Below are positions 19,815 through 30,408 of a stretch of 64,000 nucleotides of DNA, one piece after another; the first letter of the stretch is position 1, and every line of letters begins with the position of its first letter. Source of the stretch: a bacterium (GTDB lineage Bacteria; Pseudomonadota; Gammaproteobacteria; GCA-002705445; GCA-002716945); NCBI GenBank assembly GCA_029979505.1, contig JAPOHH010000002.1:118-64117 (forward strand). The letters are read 5' to 3'. Position numbers and translations under genes: made by a program. The notes under the pieces are model-generated. The model searched no databases. It had not been told where the DNA came from and saw nothing but the letters and a program-made list of their open reading frames with translations.

Positions 19815-20725
19815 TTAGTTTGAGTAAGTTCAATAAAAAGCTCTTCAAGCTTATTTCTTTTGCTTAAAATATCAACAACATTAATATTATTGTCTTTAAA
19901 TTTATTGATAATTTCTGTTATAGATATTTTATTATCGACAGTTAATTCACATGTTTTGTCATCGATGATATGAATATTCTTTTCAAATATATTTTTATCA
20001 ATAATACTTGAGTCGGCTCTTATAATGTAAGTGTGCTTTCTAGTTGATGATATTACATCTGCCATTGGGGAACTTTTTACGACTTCACCATGATGAATAA
20101 TCGCAAGATTCTTGCACAATCTTTCGGCTTCCTCTAGATAATGCGTTGTCAAAATTATCGTTACGCCATCATTATTTATTTTTTTGAAAAAGTCCCACAT
20201 TGTTAATCGTAACTCAGTATCAACACCGGCAGTAGGTTCATCTAAAATGAGTAGTTTAGGGTTATGAATTAGAGCTCTAGCAATCATAAGTCTTCTTTTC
20301 ATGCCACCTGAAAGTTCCCTTGGTGTAGATTCTCTTTTATGCCATATACCCAAGTCTTCAAATAACTGTTGCGTCTTAGTTAATGACTGTTTTTTAGATA
20401 ATCCAAAATATCCACCAATATTAATCATCGTTTCAATTATTGGTATAAATTGATTTAAATTGTATTCTTGCGGGACTACTCCAATCATGTGTTTCGTGAA
20501 CTCCGGATATTTAGCTATATCTTTTCCATAAACTTTGACAGTTCCAGATGTGATATTCACTAGAGTGGTAATTATACCTATGACAGTCGATTTCCCAGCT
20601 CCATTGGGGCCAAGAAAGGCAAATATATCACCATCTTCAACATTTAAATTGATATTTTTCAGGGCTGTCACACCATTTCTATATGTTTTATTAAGTTGGT
20701 TTATTTCTAGTGCGTATTTAGTCAT
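19811..20725 (-). CDS. yadG: ABC-2 type transporter ATP-binding protein (YadG-like) with C-terminal extension
   Basis: Walker A 'GPNGAGKST', signature 'LSGGMKRR', Walker B 'LILDEP'; 304 aa like E. coli YadG. Confidence 0.75.
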   Translation of the reverse strand: MTKYALEINQLNKTYRNGVTALKNINLNVEDGDIFAFLGPNGAGKSTVIGIITTLVNITSGTVKVYGKDIAKYPEFTKHMIGVVPQEYNLNQFIPIIETMINIGGYFGLSKKQSLTKTQQLFEDLGIWHKRESTPRELSGGMKRRLMIARALIHNPKLLILDEPTAGVDTELRLTMWDFFKKINNDGVTIILTTHYLEEAERLCKNLAIIHHGEVVKSSPMADVISSTRKHTYIIRADSSIIDKNIFEKNIHIIDDKTCELTVDNKISITEIINKFKDNNINVVDILSKRNKLEELFIELTQTK

Positions 20726-20742
20726 TTATTTAAGCTTATGTG

Positions 20743-20759
20743 TTTTGCATATTGCAAAA
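20743..20759. promoter_or_regulatory. 17-bp perfect palindrome TTTTGCA-TAT-TGCAAAA in the divergent yadG / mcl promoter region
   Basis: Seen directly; 7-bp perfect arms; candidate operator; cognate regulator unknown. Confidence 0.3.
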
Positions 20760-20840
20760 TTATAATATATACTTCTCCAAAACTTATCGAGTTATAGCGA
20801 ATATACAGGGGTATATCAAGTCAAAATTTGAAATAGATTT

Positions 20841-21782
20841 ATGAGTCATACATCATACAAAAGCGCAAAAACCAGACTACAAAGAAGCGAATTAGCAGTT
20901 CCAGGATCGTCACCTAAAATGTTCGAAAAAGCGCTAAACTCTAGCGCTGATTATATATTTTTAGATCTTGAAGACGCTGTATCACCAAATGACAAAATTT
21001 CAGCACGAGAAAATGTAATTAAAGCTCTTAAAGAACTTGATTGGAGAGGCCATGGTAAAACCATATCTGTTCGCATAAACGGTTTAGATACTCATTATAT
21101 GTATAGAGATGTAGTGGAACTAATGATGCAAGCCGGAGAGTATATAGATACTTTGTTGATACCAAAAGTTGGAGTAAGAGATGATGTATATATGGTTGAT
21201 TGCATGGTAACTCAGATAGAACAAGAAAGAGAGTTAAAAAATAAGGTAGGACTAGAATGTTTGATAGAAAGTGCATTAGGCATGGTTAACATTGAAGAAA
21301 TAGCTCAATCATCAGATAGATTAGAAGCATTACATTTTGGAGTTGCTGACTTTGCAGCAAGTCTTCGTGCCAGAACAGTTGTTATAGGTGGCCTAAATCC
21401 AGATTATCCTGGAGATCAGTGGCACCATGGTTTATCTAAGTTAGTTGCTACATGTAGAGCATTTGGTTTGAGACCTATAGATGGACCGTTCGGTGATATT
21501 CAAGATCCTGATGGTTACGTTAAAGCTGCAAAACGTGGAGCTGCAATTGGGATTGAGGGTAAATGGGCAATTCACCCATCACAAATCGAACATGCAAATG
21601 ATGTTTTCTCACCACCAGCATCTGAAGTAGATAAAGCAAAAAGGATTATAGAAGAACTTGCTAAAGCCGCTGCAGAGGGTAGAGGAGCAGCTCAGCTAGA
21701 TGGCAGGATGATTGATGCTGCATCTGAGCGTATGGCTGAAAATATCGTTAATATAGATAATCTAATCCAATCTAAAAAATAA
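20841..21782 (+). CDS. mcl: L-malyl-CoA/beta-methylmalyl-CoA lyase (HpcH/CitE-like family, Mcl)
   Basis: N-terminus 'RLQRSELAVPGSSPKMFEKA...DYIFLDLEDAV' closely matches Rhodobacter Mcl1 'RLHRSELAVPGSNP...IFLDLEDAV'. Confidence 0.8.
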   Translation: MSHTSYKSAKTRLQRSELAVPGSSPKMFEKALNSSADYIFLDLEDAVSPNDKISARENVIKALKELDWRGHGKTISVRINGLDTHYMYRDVVELMMQAGEYIDTLLIPKVGVRDDVYMVDCMVTQIEQERELKNKVGLECLIESALGMVNIEEIAQSSDRLEALHFGVADFAASLRARTVVIGGLNPDYPGDQWHHGLSKLVATCRAFGLRPIDGPFGDIQDPDGYVKAAKRGAAIGIEGKWAIHPSQIEHANDVFSPPASEVDKAKRIIEELAKAAAEGRGAAQLDGRMIDAASERMAENIVNIDNLIQSKK

Positions 21783-21784
21783 TA

Positions 21785-22960
21785 ATGAATATACACGAGT
21801 ACCAAGCAAAAGAGATTTTATCAAAATTTAATGTACCTATCCCAAAAGGGCTTGTAGCAGATAGTCCAGAAGCTGCTAAAAGTAACGCCAAAGAATTAGG
21901 CGGTAATCTATGGGTTGTAAAAGCTCAAATACATTCAGGCGCTAGAGGAAAGGCAGGTGGTATTATTGTTTGTAAAAATGAAGATGATGTCTCAGATGCT
22001 ACAAACAAGCTTCTCGGAAAAACTTTAGTAACACATCAAACAGGCCCAGAAGGCAAAACAGTTCATAAGGTATACATAGAAGAGGGAACAGATATAAAAA
22101 AGGAATTCTACTTGGGGTTAGTCTTTGATAGAAGTTCTGAAAGTATAATGGTTATAGCTTCATCTGAGGGTGGCATGAGCATAGAAGAAATTGCTCAAGA
22201 AAAACCAGAATCTATTGTAAAAACAAAAGTTGAAGCTGCTGTAGGACTTCAAGCTTTTCAAGCAAGAGAAATTGCTTTTGGTTTAGGTTTAGATGGTAAA
22301 GCTGTTGGTAGATGCGCACAGGCTATACTGGGCACATATGAAGCTTTTTGCTCATCAGAGTCAACTATGGCTGAAATCAATCCCTTAGTCCTTACAGGAG
22401 ATGATAAAATTCTTGCTCTAGATTGTAAAATGACTATTGATGATAATGCATTATTCAGAAAATCTAATCTTCTAGAATTAAAAGATGAAACTCAAGAAGA
22501 TCCAAAAGAAACATATGCGGCAGAGCAAGGTTTAAACTATATTCCACTCGATGGTGATATAGGTAACATTATAAATGGAGCTGGGTTAGCTATGGCTTCT
22601 ATGGATATGATACAACTTGCTGGCGGCCAACCTGCTAATTTTTTAGATGTAGGTGGAGGAGCTACTCCTGAAAAATTTGTTAAAGCTTTTAAATTAATAT
22701 CAGGTGATTCAAATGTTAAAGTTATATTAATCAACATATTTGCTGGGATTAATCGTTGTGATTGGGTAGCACAAGGTATTGTGGATGCTCTTGCACAAAT
22801 AAATATTGAACAACCTCTTGTTATAAGACTTGCAGGAACTAATGTTGATGAAGGAATAAAAATTCTGAAAGATAGTAAAATAGAATACATAGAAGCATCA
22901 ACACTTGAAGATGCCGCTAATAAGGCAGTAAAAGCTCAAAAAGATTTGGAGAGTAAGTAA
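21785..22960 (+). CDS. mtkA: Malate--CoA ligase (malate thiokinase) beta subunit, or succinyl-CoA synthetase beta paralog
   Basis: ATP-grasp; 'VVKAQIHSGARGKAGGI' resembles MtkA 'AVKAQIHAGARGKAGGI' more than E. coli SucC 'VVKCQVHAGGRGKAGGV'; immediately downstream of mcl. Confidence 0.6.
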   Translation: MNIHEYQAKEILSKFNVPIPKGLVADSPEAAKSNAKELGGNLWVVKAQIHSGARGKAGGIIVCKNEDDVSDATNKLLGKTLVTHQTGPEGKTVHKVYIEEGTDIKKEFYLGLVFDRSSESIMVIASSEGGMSIEEIAQEKPESIVKTKVEAAVGLQAFQAREIAFGLGLDGKAVGRCAQAILGTYEAFCSSESTMAEINPLVLTGDDKILALDCKMTIDDNALFRKSNLLELKDETQEDPKETYAAEQGLNYIPLDGDIGNIINGAGLAMASMDMIQLAGGQPANFLDVGGGATPEKFVKAFKLISGDSNVKVILINIFAGINRCDWVAQGIVDALAQINIEQPLVIRLAGTNVDEGIKILKDSKIEYIEASTLEDAANKAVKAQKDLESK

Positions 22961-23854
22961 ATGGCAATTCTTATTACTAAAGAATCTAAAATAATTATTC
23001 AGGGGTTTACTGGTAAAATTGGTACATTCCATGCTGAAGAAATGATGGAGTATGGTACTAATGTTGTAGGTGGTGTTACACCAGGAAAGGGTGGACAAAA
23101 ACATCTAGAAAGACCTGTATTTAATACAGTTAGAGAAGCTGTTGAAGAAACAGGTGCTGATGCAAGTATTCTTTTTGTACCACCAGCTTTCGCTGCAGAT
23201 TCAGCCATGGAGGCTGCAGATGCTGGTATCAAAACACTTGTTGCTATAACAGATGGGATTCCTGCACATGACATGATTAGAGTAAAAAGATACCTAAAAA
23301 GATATGAACCTGAAGATAGGATGACAATGGTTGGTCCAAATTGCGCGGGTGTAATCAGCCCAGGAAAATGCATGCTTGGTATCATGCCGGGCCATATTTA
23401 CAAAGAGGGTAATGTAGGTGTAATTGGACGTTCAGGTACACTCGGATATGAAGCTGCTCAACAAATGAAAGACTTAGGTATTGGTATATCAACGAGTGTT
23501 GGAATCGGTGGAGACCCTATTAATGGTAGTGCCTTTAAAGATCATTTAGCTAAATTCGAAAAAGATGATGAAACAAAAGTTATTCTCATGATTGGTGAAA
23601 TTGGTGGTCCACAAGAAGCAGAAGCAGCAGAGTATGCTAAAGCGAATGTCTCAAAACCAGTTGTCGCATATATTGCTGGACTAACTGCACCTAAGGGTAA
23701 ACGAATGGGGCATGCAGGAGCTATAGTTAGTGCTGGTGGTGAATCTGCTGCAGAAAAAGTTGAAATACTTAAAGCTGCGGGTATCACTATAGCTAAGAAT
23801 CCATCAGTAATTGGTGAGACTATTGCATCCGTAATTAAAAGCATTAATGGCTAA
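22961..23854 (+). CDS. mtkB: Malate--CoA ligase alpha subunit, or succinyl-CoA synthetase alpha paralog
   Basis: CoA-binding Rossmann region, phospho-His loop 'GHAGAIVSAGGESA'; directly coupled to the beta-subunit gene. Confidence 0.6.
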   Translation: MAILITKESKIIIQGFTGKIGTFHAEEMMEYGTNVVGGVTPGKGGQKHLERPVFNTVREAVEETGADASILFVPPAFAADSAMEAADAGIKTLVAITDGIPAHDMIRVKRYLKRYEPEDRMTMVGPNCAGVISPGKCMLGIMPGHIYKEGNVGVIGRSGTLGYEAAQQMKDLGIGISTSVGIGGDPINGSAFKDHLAKFEKDDETKVILMIGEIGGPQEAEAAEYAKANVSKPVVAYIAGLTAPKGKRMGHAGAIVSAGGESAAEKVEILKAAGITIAKNPSVIGETIASVIKSING

Positions 23855-24644
23855 AAACGTACTGCCGCTGATTGATATTGGCGCAAATCTCTTAGACAAA
23901 AAGTTATTTCAAAACATAGATACAATCATTCAAAATTGTAAATCTAATAATATAGAAAAAATTATTATTACCTCCTCTCATATCAACGATACTAGAGAGG
24001 CAATAGAATTCATGCAAAAAGAGCCGGACATGTTTTTTACAACAGTAGGCTTTCATCCTCATAATGCGAAAGATTACGAAGATCAATATTATGATGAAAT
24101 GAATAATTTGTGTAAATTTCCTCAAGTAAAAGCAATTGGGGAGTGCGGGTTAGATTACCGAAGAAATTACTCTAATCCTGTAGATCAGATATATTGTTTC
24201 AGAAAGCATTTGGATCTCGCATGTATGAATAATCTTCCTATGTTCTTACATGAAAGAGAGGCGCATGATGACTTTTTAATGCTTCTTAAAGAATATATTC
24301 ATAAAATTGAGAATGTAGTAGTGCATTGTTTTACTGGGACTAAAAAAGATTTAAAAAATTATCTCGATTTAGGATGTTATATCGGAATCACAGGATGGAT
24401 AACTGATCCGAAGAGAGGTATGCATCTACACGATATTATCAAATATATACCAGCTGATAAACTTATGATAGAGACAGATTCTCCTTATTTGCTGCCATTC
24501 AATTATCCTATTAAGAATAAAAAATATAATGAACCTTGTAATTTAATATATATTCTAGATGCAATATCTCAAATATTGAAAAAAGATAAGACAGTTCTTG
24601 CTAATGAGATATATACTAATACAGATAATTTTTTTAATTTGTGA
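23847..24644 (+). CDS. tatD: TatD-family metal-dependent hydrolase/DNase
   Basis: 'LIDIGANL' N-terminal motif; 'GECGLDY' and 'HCFTG' TatD signature motifs. Confidence 0.8.
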   Translation: MAKNVLPLIDIGANLLDKKLFQNIDTIIQNCKSNNIEKIIITSSHINDTREAIEFMQKEPDMFFTTVGFHPHNAKDYEDQYYDEMNNLCKFPQVKAIGECGLDYRRNYSNPVDQIYCFRKHLDLACMNNLPMFLHEREAHDDFLMLLKEYIHKIENVVVHCFTGTKKDLKNYLDLGCYIGITGWITDPKRGMHLHDIIKYIPADKLMIETDSPYLLPFNYPIKNKKYNEPCNLIYILDAISQILKKDKTVLANEIYTNTDNFFNL

Positions 24645-25306
24645 TTATGAATAGTCTTGTATTACCCAATGGACATACCAAGCTCCTTTTGCACAGTTGT
24701 TGCGCTCCATGCTCTGGTGACATAATGTTAAGATTGAAAGAGTCAAATATCGACTATACGATATATTTTTATAATCCTAATATCCATCCTAAGAAAGAAT
24801 ATTTACTAAGAAAACAGGAAAATTTAGATCTTGCAAAAAAACACAACATACCATTTATAGATGATGATTATGATACACGCAACTGGTTTGATTTAGTAAA
24901 AGGTCAAGAGTGGGAGCCAGAAAGAGGGAAAAGATGTACCACGTGTTTTGATATGAGATTTTACAAAACTGCGCAGTATGCAGAAACCCATGGCTTTACT
25001 TTGATTTCGAGTACACTAGGTATATCAAGATGGAAAAATATGAATCAAATAAATGAATCAGGACAAAGGGCTGCTTCAAGTTTTAAAAATATCGATTATT
25101 GGACTTTTAATTGGCGTAAGAATAAAGGCTCTGAAAATATGATTAATGTGTCAAAAAAAGAAGAATTTTATATGCAAGAATATTGTGGTTGCATTTATTC
25201 TCTAAGAGATACAAATATCTGGAGGAATAAAAATAATCGTCCAGATGTAGAAATTGGTATTAAGTTTTATTCTGAATTAAACAAGGATGCCAGAAACCGA
25301 AAGTAG
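24641..25306 (+). CDS. queH: Epoxyqueuosine reductase QueH (DUF208)
   Basis: '[11 protein letters not shown]' Cys-cluster motif typical of QueH; about 220 aa. Confidence 0.7.
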   Translation: MIMNSLVLPNGHTKLLLHSCCAPCSGDIMLRLKESNIDYTIYFYNPNIHPKKEYLLRKQENLDLAKKHNIPFIDDDYDTRNWFDLVKGQEWEPERGKRCTTCFDMRFYKTAQYAETHGFTLISSTLGISRWKNMNQINESGQRAASSFKNIDYWTFNWRKNKGSENMINVSKKEEFYMQEYCGCIYSLRDTNIWRNKNNRPDVEIGIKFYSELNKDARNRK

Positions 25307-26131
25307 AGTTATAATGCTTACCCAAGCTATTAATGTTCTTGCTAAGATATTTTGAATTTGTATTATCTGTTCAGATTCCTTTAATTCACTATCATAAACT
25401 GAATCACCTGTTTGATTAATGAATTCTACATTACTTAAATAACTATTATTTGATAGTTTCAAGTTATTAATTCTATCGATGACTTTATCATAATTGCTTA
25501 TTACTGAAAATGTATAGGAAGTTAATCTAACTGGAATATAATCGATGAAATACATATATTCTCTCAAATCTTGTCTAGTCTTTGCAGGAAGTTTGAATTT
25601 CTCTGAATAAATCATTGTATTTAAAATAGTGTAGGTAAGAACAGCTGCAGGGCCAATTAATAAAAAATAAAATAATATACCAAAGGTATTAGCAATAGAA
25701 TTAAAAAATAAATTTTGAATTATTAGACTATTTAAGTTTGATTTTATACGAGTCTGTTTTAGATTTGGGCATAATCTATATAATAAGCTTTTATCAACAT
25801 CACTATTATTAAATTCTAGTTTAATTTTAAGCTCTTCCATATCTCTATTATATTGATTTGTCCTTAGACAGTATAAAACTATCATTAATGTAACAATAAA
25901 AAATATAATCAAAGATATTGACTTAATTAATGTCATTATAATCATACTAATTAGTAGAAAGAGAATTAAAAATGCAATATATGTATTCTTTTTAATAAGT
26001 GAAATATTATTCAATTTATTTTGGAACAAGCTAAAAATATCATTTATAATAATAGCGCTTCTAAAGTTCTTTATATCATCATAAAAATATTCTATCGTTA
26101 GTGCTAAAATAATTATTGATAATGTAAACAT
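25277..26131 (-). CDS. ampE: AmpE-like inner-membrane regulatory protein
   Basis: 284 aa, the same length as E. coli AmpE; shared motifs 'IPVRL' (E. coli VPVRL) and C-terminal 'LLSVSGILV' (E. coli LLTIYGALV); immediately downstream of ampD. Confidence 0.6.
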   Translation of the reverse strand: MFTLSIIILALTIEYFYDDIKNFRSAIIINDIFSLFQNKLNNISLIKKNTYIAFLILFLLISMIIMTLIKSISLIIFFIVTLMIVLYCLRTNQYNRDMEELKIKLEFNNSDVDKSLLYRLCPNLKQTRIKSNLNSLIIQNLFFNSIANTFGILFYFLLIGPAAVLTYTILNTMIYSEKFKLPAKTRQDLREYMYFIDYIPVRLTSYTFSVISNYDKVIDRINNLKLSNNSYLSNVEFINQTGDSVYDSELKESEQIIQIQNILARTLIAWVSIITLLSVSGILV

Positions 26132-26659
26132 TTATTTAATTTTTTCCCATAAAAAGTATTTACCTGGATCCATTTTTCGTCCTGGAGCTATATCGCTATG
26201 TCCAAGTATATTACTATCCTGTATCGATGGAAATAATTTCTTTATAGCATCAATAGTGTTCTTAAGTGTGAAATATTGTTTATCAGTATAGCAATCATTT
26301 ACAGAACCTTCCATTTCTATCCCTATTGAGAAATCATTAAAATTTTCTCTATTCATATATTTTGATTTCCCTGCATGCCAAGCTTTTTTATCTAAAGGCA
26401 CAAACTGAATCAAATCACCATGCCTTCTTATAAATAAATGAGAGGAAACCCTTATATTTTTTAGCTCTTTAAAAGAATTATGCAAATTAATATCAAGCGT
26501 ATTTGTAAATAAATTAATGACATTATCATTATCATATTCATTCTCTGGAAGACTTATACAATGTATGATGATGCTATCCACCACTGTATTATTAGGCCTA
26601 TCCTCACAATTACATGATTCAATATATTTTGAATTATCTAGGATAAATTTATTCTTCAT
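26132..26659 (-). CDS. ampD: 1,6-anhydro-N-acetylmuramyl-L-alanine amidase AmpD
   Basis: Amidase_2 zinc ligands 'IHCISLPEN' ... 'GHSDIAPGRKMDPG'. Confidence 0.8.
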   Translation of the reverse strand: MKNKFILDNSKYIESCNCEDRPNNTVVDSIIIHCISLPENEYDNDNVINLFTNTLDINLHNSFKELKNIRVSSHLFIRRHGDLIQFVPLDKKAWHAGKSKYMNRENFNDFSIGIEMEGSVNDCYTDKQYFTLKNTIDAIKKLFPSIQDSNILGHSDIAPGRKMDPGKYFLWEKIK

Positions 26660-26708
26660 TTCAACATCACCATCGAAGTTATGTTATTATTTAAGTCTCT
26701 TAAATATT

Positions 26709-27761
26709 ATGACAAACTTTCTAGTTGATTCAGATAAAAAATTATCAATTCTTTCATCTAAGTTGCATGATATCACTGAAATTGGCCTTGATACTGAATT
26801 TATCAGAGAGTCAACGTATAGACCAATACTTGCACTAATACAAATTTCCTTACCTAATGGTGAAATTTACCTTATAGATCCACAATCCATTAATCGAAGA
26901 GAATTGATAGTTGATATTATAAACAATAACAATCTATTAAAAATTATTCATTCATCTAAACAAGACATAGAGGCATTATATAGCTATACAGAAACATATC
27001 CATTGAATATATTTGATACACAAATTGCTTCAAATTTTTTGTATGAAAAATCTAATGTAGGGTATTCGTCGCTTGTAAAAACGATTTGTAATTGTGATAT
27101 AAAAGAGGGTTCTTGGAGAACTAACTGGCTAGAGAGACCTTTAAGTGATAAAAAACTTAATTATGCAGCAGATGATGTAAAGTATCTTATTTATATAAAA
27201 AAATTTCTTATGAGAGAACTAGAAAAACTAGATAGAGTTTCATGGTTTAATGAAGAGCAAGAACATGAACTTAAAAAATCAAATATAATTCTAAATGCAG
27301 CTGATGCATGGGAGAAAATTAATTATCCATTATACTTTTCTGACTATGATCTCAAAATGTTAAAAGATATTGCATATTGGAGAGAGGAATTAGCAATTAA
27401 ATATAATATTCCAAAAAGATGGATATTAAGTGATTCATTAGTAATAAAAGTCATGATGGCTAATCCAAAAAAAACTAATGATATTTTAGCTAATATTAAA
27501 CAAAGTATTTCAGATAGTGAAATTGGAGCTATTAAAAATATTCTTAAAAACAAGGCTCAGTCCAAAAATAAAAATATTTCTCCAAATAAAAATCTTGAAA
27601 ATAAATTTACTGAAATTCTTAATTCTGTTTCAGATGAATTTAAAATTGATTCTACTATAATAGCAAATAAAAGAGATTTAGAGTTCTTTTCTCATTTTCA
27701 TGATAAAGCAAGATTCATGAAAGGATGGAGATATAAAATATTTGGTAAACTGGTACAATAA
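26709..27761 (+). CDS. rnd: Ribonuclease D
   Basis: DEDDy exonuclease motifs 'IGLDTEF', 'YAADDVKYL'; HRDC-like C-terminal region; true start likely ATG 26709 (the ORF track over-extends to 26517 and overlaps ampD). Confidence 0.75.
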   Translation: MTNFLVDSDKKLSILSSKLHDITEIGLDTEFIRESTYRPILALIQISLPNGEIYLIDPQSINRRELIVDIINNNNLLKIIHSSKQDIEALYSYTETYPLNIFDTQIASNFLYEKSNVGYSSLVKTICNCDIKEGSWRTNWLERPLSDKKLNYAADDVKYLIYIKKFLMRELEKLDRVSWFNEEQEHELKKSNIILNAADAWEKINYPLYFSDYDLKMLKDIAYWREELAIKYNIPKRWILSDSLVIKVMMANPKKTNDILANIKQSISDSEIGAIKNILKNKAQSKNKNISPNKNLENKFTEILNSVSDEFKIDSTIIANKRDLEFFSHFHDKARFMKGWRYKIFGKLVQ

Positions 27762-27765
27762 TATT

Positions 27766-29430
27766 ATGAGAAAATATTCATCAAAATTAGTAGATGGCAA
27801 AGATAGAGCACCAAGCAGATCAATGCTCAGAGCGGTAGGTTTTGATGATAATGACTTTAAGAAACCACAAATAGGTATTGCCTCAACATGGAGCATGGTA
27901 ACACCATGTAATATGCACATAAATGATTTGGCGAAAGTTGCGAGTTCTACTATTGATAAAAATGGTGGAAAAGCAGTTAACTTTAATACAATTACTGTAT
28001 CAGATGGAATATCTATGGGATCTGACGGGATGAGGTATTCTTTGGTTTCAAGAGAAATCATTGCTGACTCGATAGAGGCAGTAGTTGGCGGAGAGGGTCT
28101 TGATGGATTTATTAGTTTTGGGGGATGTGATAAGAATATGCCTGCATGTGTAATGGCTATGCTTAGATTAAATCGTCCTTCTGTATTTGTTTATGGAGGC
28201 ACAATACTTCCTGGTGTTCATCAAAATAAAAAAATTGATATTGTTTCTGTATTTGAAGCTGTAGGTAAAAATGCAAATGGTGAAATAAATGATAGAGAAC
28301 TAATGCAAATCGAAAAAAAAGCTATTCCTGGTCCTGGTTCTTGTGGAGGTATGTATACTGCAAATACAATGGCATGTGCAATTGAGGCTATGGGATTATC
28401 TTTACCTAATAGTTCTGCACAAACAGCTATTTCAAAATCTAAATCAGTTGATACAAAAAATGCATCAATAGCACTGATGGATTGCATAAGAAAAGATTTA
28501 AAACCAAGGGATATAGTAACTAAAAAATCTTTAGAAAATGCTATTACAATAGTTATGGCGCTTGGAGGATCTACTAATGCAGTTTTACATCTTCTAGCCA
28601 TTGCAAACGAAGCAAAAATAAAGCTCTCGCTTAAAGATTTTGAAAGGATAGGTAAAAAGACACCAGTCGTAGCCGATTTAAAACCTAGTGGACGCTATTC
28701 AATGGCTGATTTAGTAAGCATAGGTGGTGTTGCCCCTCTAATGAAAATGTTAATTAGTGAGAAGCTCATGGATGGAAGCTGTCTTACAGTTACAGGTAAT
28801 TCACTGTCGAAAAATTTAATGCAAATAAAACCATACTCAAAAAATCAAAAAATAATAATGCCTTTGAAATCACCTATAAAAAAAGATGGCCATTTGATTA
28901 TTCTTAGGGGCAATATTGCTCCTGATGGGGCAGTAGCAAAGATTTCAGGTAAAGAGGGTACATATTTTAAAGGCAAGGCAAAAGTATTTAATTCTGAGGA
29001 GCAGTGTCTTAAGAGTATCCTGAGTGGTAAAATTTCTAAAGGCACTGTAATCGTTATAAAAAATGAAGGACCTGTGGGTGGTCCAGGGATGAGAGAAATG
29101 TTGTCACCAACATCTGCCATAATGGGACAAGGTTTAGGTGATCACGTTGCACTCATCACAGACGGAAGATTTTCTGGAGGTAGTCATGGCTTTGTGGTAG
29201 GGCATATTGCTCCTGAAGCTGCTGTCGGTGGTCCACTATCAATGATAAAAAATGGTGATAGTATTGAAATATGTGCCATAAAAAAAGAAATAAACCTTCT
29301 TGTAAGTAATAAAGAAATATTATCTAGAAGAAAAAAAATGAAAATATCTACAGGTCAAACTCATAATGGTGCTCTTACAAAATATGCTAAGTTAGTCAGT
29401 CAAGCAGATACAGGAGCAACAACTACTTAA
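27766..29430 (+). CDS. ilvD: Dihydroxy-acid dehydratase IlvD
   Basis: 'MRKYSS', 'CDKNMPA', 'SGGSHG' IlvD/EDD motifs; about 555 aa. Confidence 0.9.
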   Translation: MRKYSSKLVDGKDRAPSRSMLRAVGFDDNDFKKPQIGIASTWSMVTPCNMHINDLAKVASSTIDKNGGKAVNFNTITVSDGISMGSDGMRYSLVSREIIADSIEAVVGGEGLDGFISFGGCDKNMPACVMAMLRLNRPSVFVYGGTILPGVHQNKKIDIVSVFEAVGKNANGEINDRELMQIEKKAIPGPGSCGGMYTANTMACAIEAMGLSLPNSSAQTAISKSKSVDTKNASIALMDCIRKDLKPRDIVTKKSLENAITIVMALGGSTNAVLHLLAIANEAKIKLSLKDFERIGKKTPVVADLKPSGRYSMADLVSIGGVAPLMKMLISEKLMDGSCLTVTGNSLSKNLMQIKPYSKNQKIIMPLKSPIKKDGHLIILRGNIAPDGAVAKISGKEGTYFKGKAKVFNSEEQCLKSILSGKISKGTVIVIKNEGPVGGPGMREMLSPTSAIMGQGLGDHVALITDGRFSGGSHGFVVGHIAPEAAVGGPLSMIKNGDSIEICAIKKEINLLVSNKEILSRRKKMKISTGQTHNGALTKYAKLVSQADTGATTT

Positions 29431-30032
29431 TCTAATACATTGAGTTCTTGAGGATAAATTCTTTTCACAATATGTAGAATTTTCTCTAATCTCTCCAGAG
29501 GTTCATGAGTTGATATTAAATCAGCTTTATCACTTATTTCAATTGGCAGACATTCAATAAGGCGAAATCCAATCCAATTTGCATCATTATATTTAGATTT
29601 ATTATGAAATATGTAAGCTTTGATTTCTGGATAAATCTTTCTATAAAATTTGGATAATATTTGATATTTCTGTGGTATCAAATAGTCAATTCCAAGATCA
29701 ACTTCTTTTGCATCACCTTTTAATAAATTTGACTCATCAAGTTTATAATTATTTAAAGATACAATTTTCTTACCTTCTACTGTAATACCCAATAAACCAC
29801 CATCGAGCTGTGACCAATCAACTATTTCTACATAACACCCATACTCGTGTACTGAAGAGATATATTCTGCATCTTGTTTTGTTAAAGCAATTACAAAACC
29901 TAAATTAGTTTTAAGACATTCTTTGATCATATCTAAATATCTTCTTTCAAATATTCTAAGTGGAAATTGACCACCTGGTAATATTATGCTTTTAAGTGGA
30001 AAGATAGCTATATTTGAATAATTATTCATCAT
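29427..30032 (-). CDS. Stand-alone Lon N-terminal (LON substrate-binding) domain protein
   Basis: '[25 protein letters not shown]' matches the Lon N-terminal domain consensus; no ATPase/protease domains. Confidence 0.65.
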   Translation of the reverse strand: MMNNYSNIAIFPLKSIILPGGQFPLRIFERRYLDMIKECLKTNLGFVIALTKQDAEYISSVHEYGCYVEIVDWSQLDGGLLGITVEGKKIVSLNNYKLDESNLLKGDAKEVDLGIDYLIPQKYQILSKFYRKIYPEIKAYIFHNKSKYNDANWIGFRLIECLPIEISDKADLISTHEPLERLEKILHIVKRIYPQELNVLD

Positions 30033-30408
30033 TAAACCTCAATGATGCTGAATTGATACAATATCTCTTATAGGTTGGTTTTGGCCCATCATCAAACACA
30101 TGTCCAAGATGTGCACCACATTTATTACATGTAACTTCTGTTCTAGACATACCATGAGAGTTATCCATAATAAGTTTTAAATTTTCTATATCTATAATAT
30201 CAAAAAAACTTGGCCAACCTGAGTAAGATTCATACTTGTGTTTAGATGAAAATAAATCAGTATTACAACAAATACATTTGTAAGTACCTATTTTTTTGTT
30301 ATTTAAATATTTACCTGAAAAAGGTGCTTCAGTAGCTTTATTTTGTGTTACAGAAAACTCTTCATCGCTCAACATCTCTCTAAGCTTATTTTTATCCATG
30401 TAGTTCAT
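30022..30408 (-). CDS. msrB: Peptide-methionine (R)-S-oxide reductase MsrB
   Basis: Two CxxC zinc pairs; 'RYCINSASL' catalytic Cys motif. Confidence 0.85.
   Translation of the reverse strand: MNYMDKNKLREMLSDEEFSVTQNKATEAPFSGKYLNNKKIGTYKCICCNTDLFSSKHKYESYSGWPSFFDIIDIENLKLIMDNSHGMSRTEVTCNKCGAHLGHVFDDGPKPTYKRYCINSASLRFNDE

Noticed and set aside
21785-23854. Calling these genes plain TCA succinyl-CoA synthetase sucCD
   Set aside because: Not fully rejected. The MtkA-like signature and tight coupling to mcl favour malate thiokinase, but this cannot be settled without phylogeny or the rest of the genome.
26517-26708. Upstream extension of the RNase D ORF overlapping ampD
   Set aside because: Homology to RNase D starts at MTNFLV (ATG 26709), and the extension is antisense-overlapping ampD, so the internal start is preferred.
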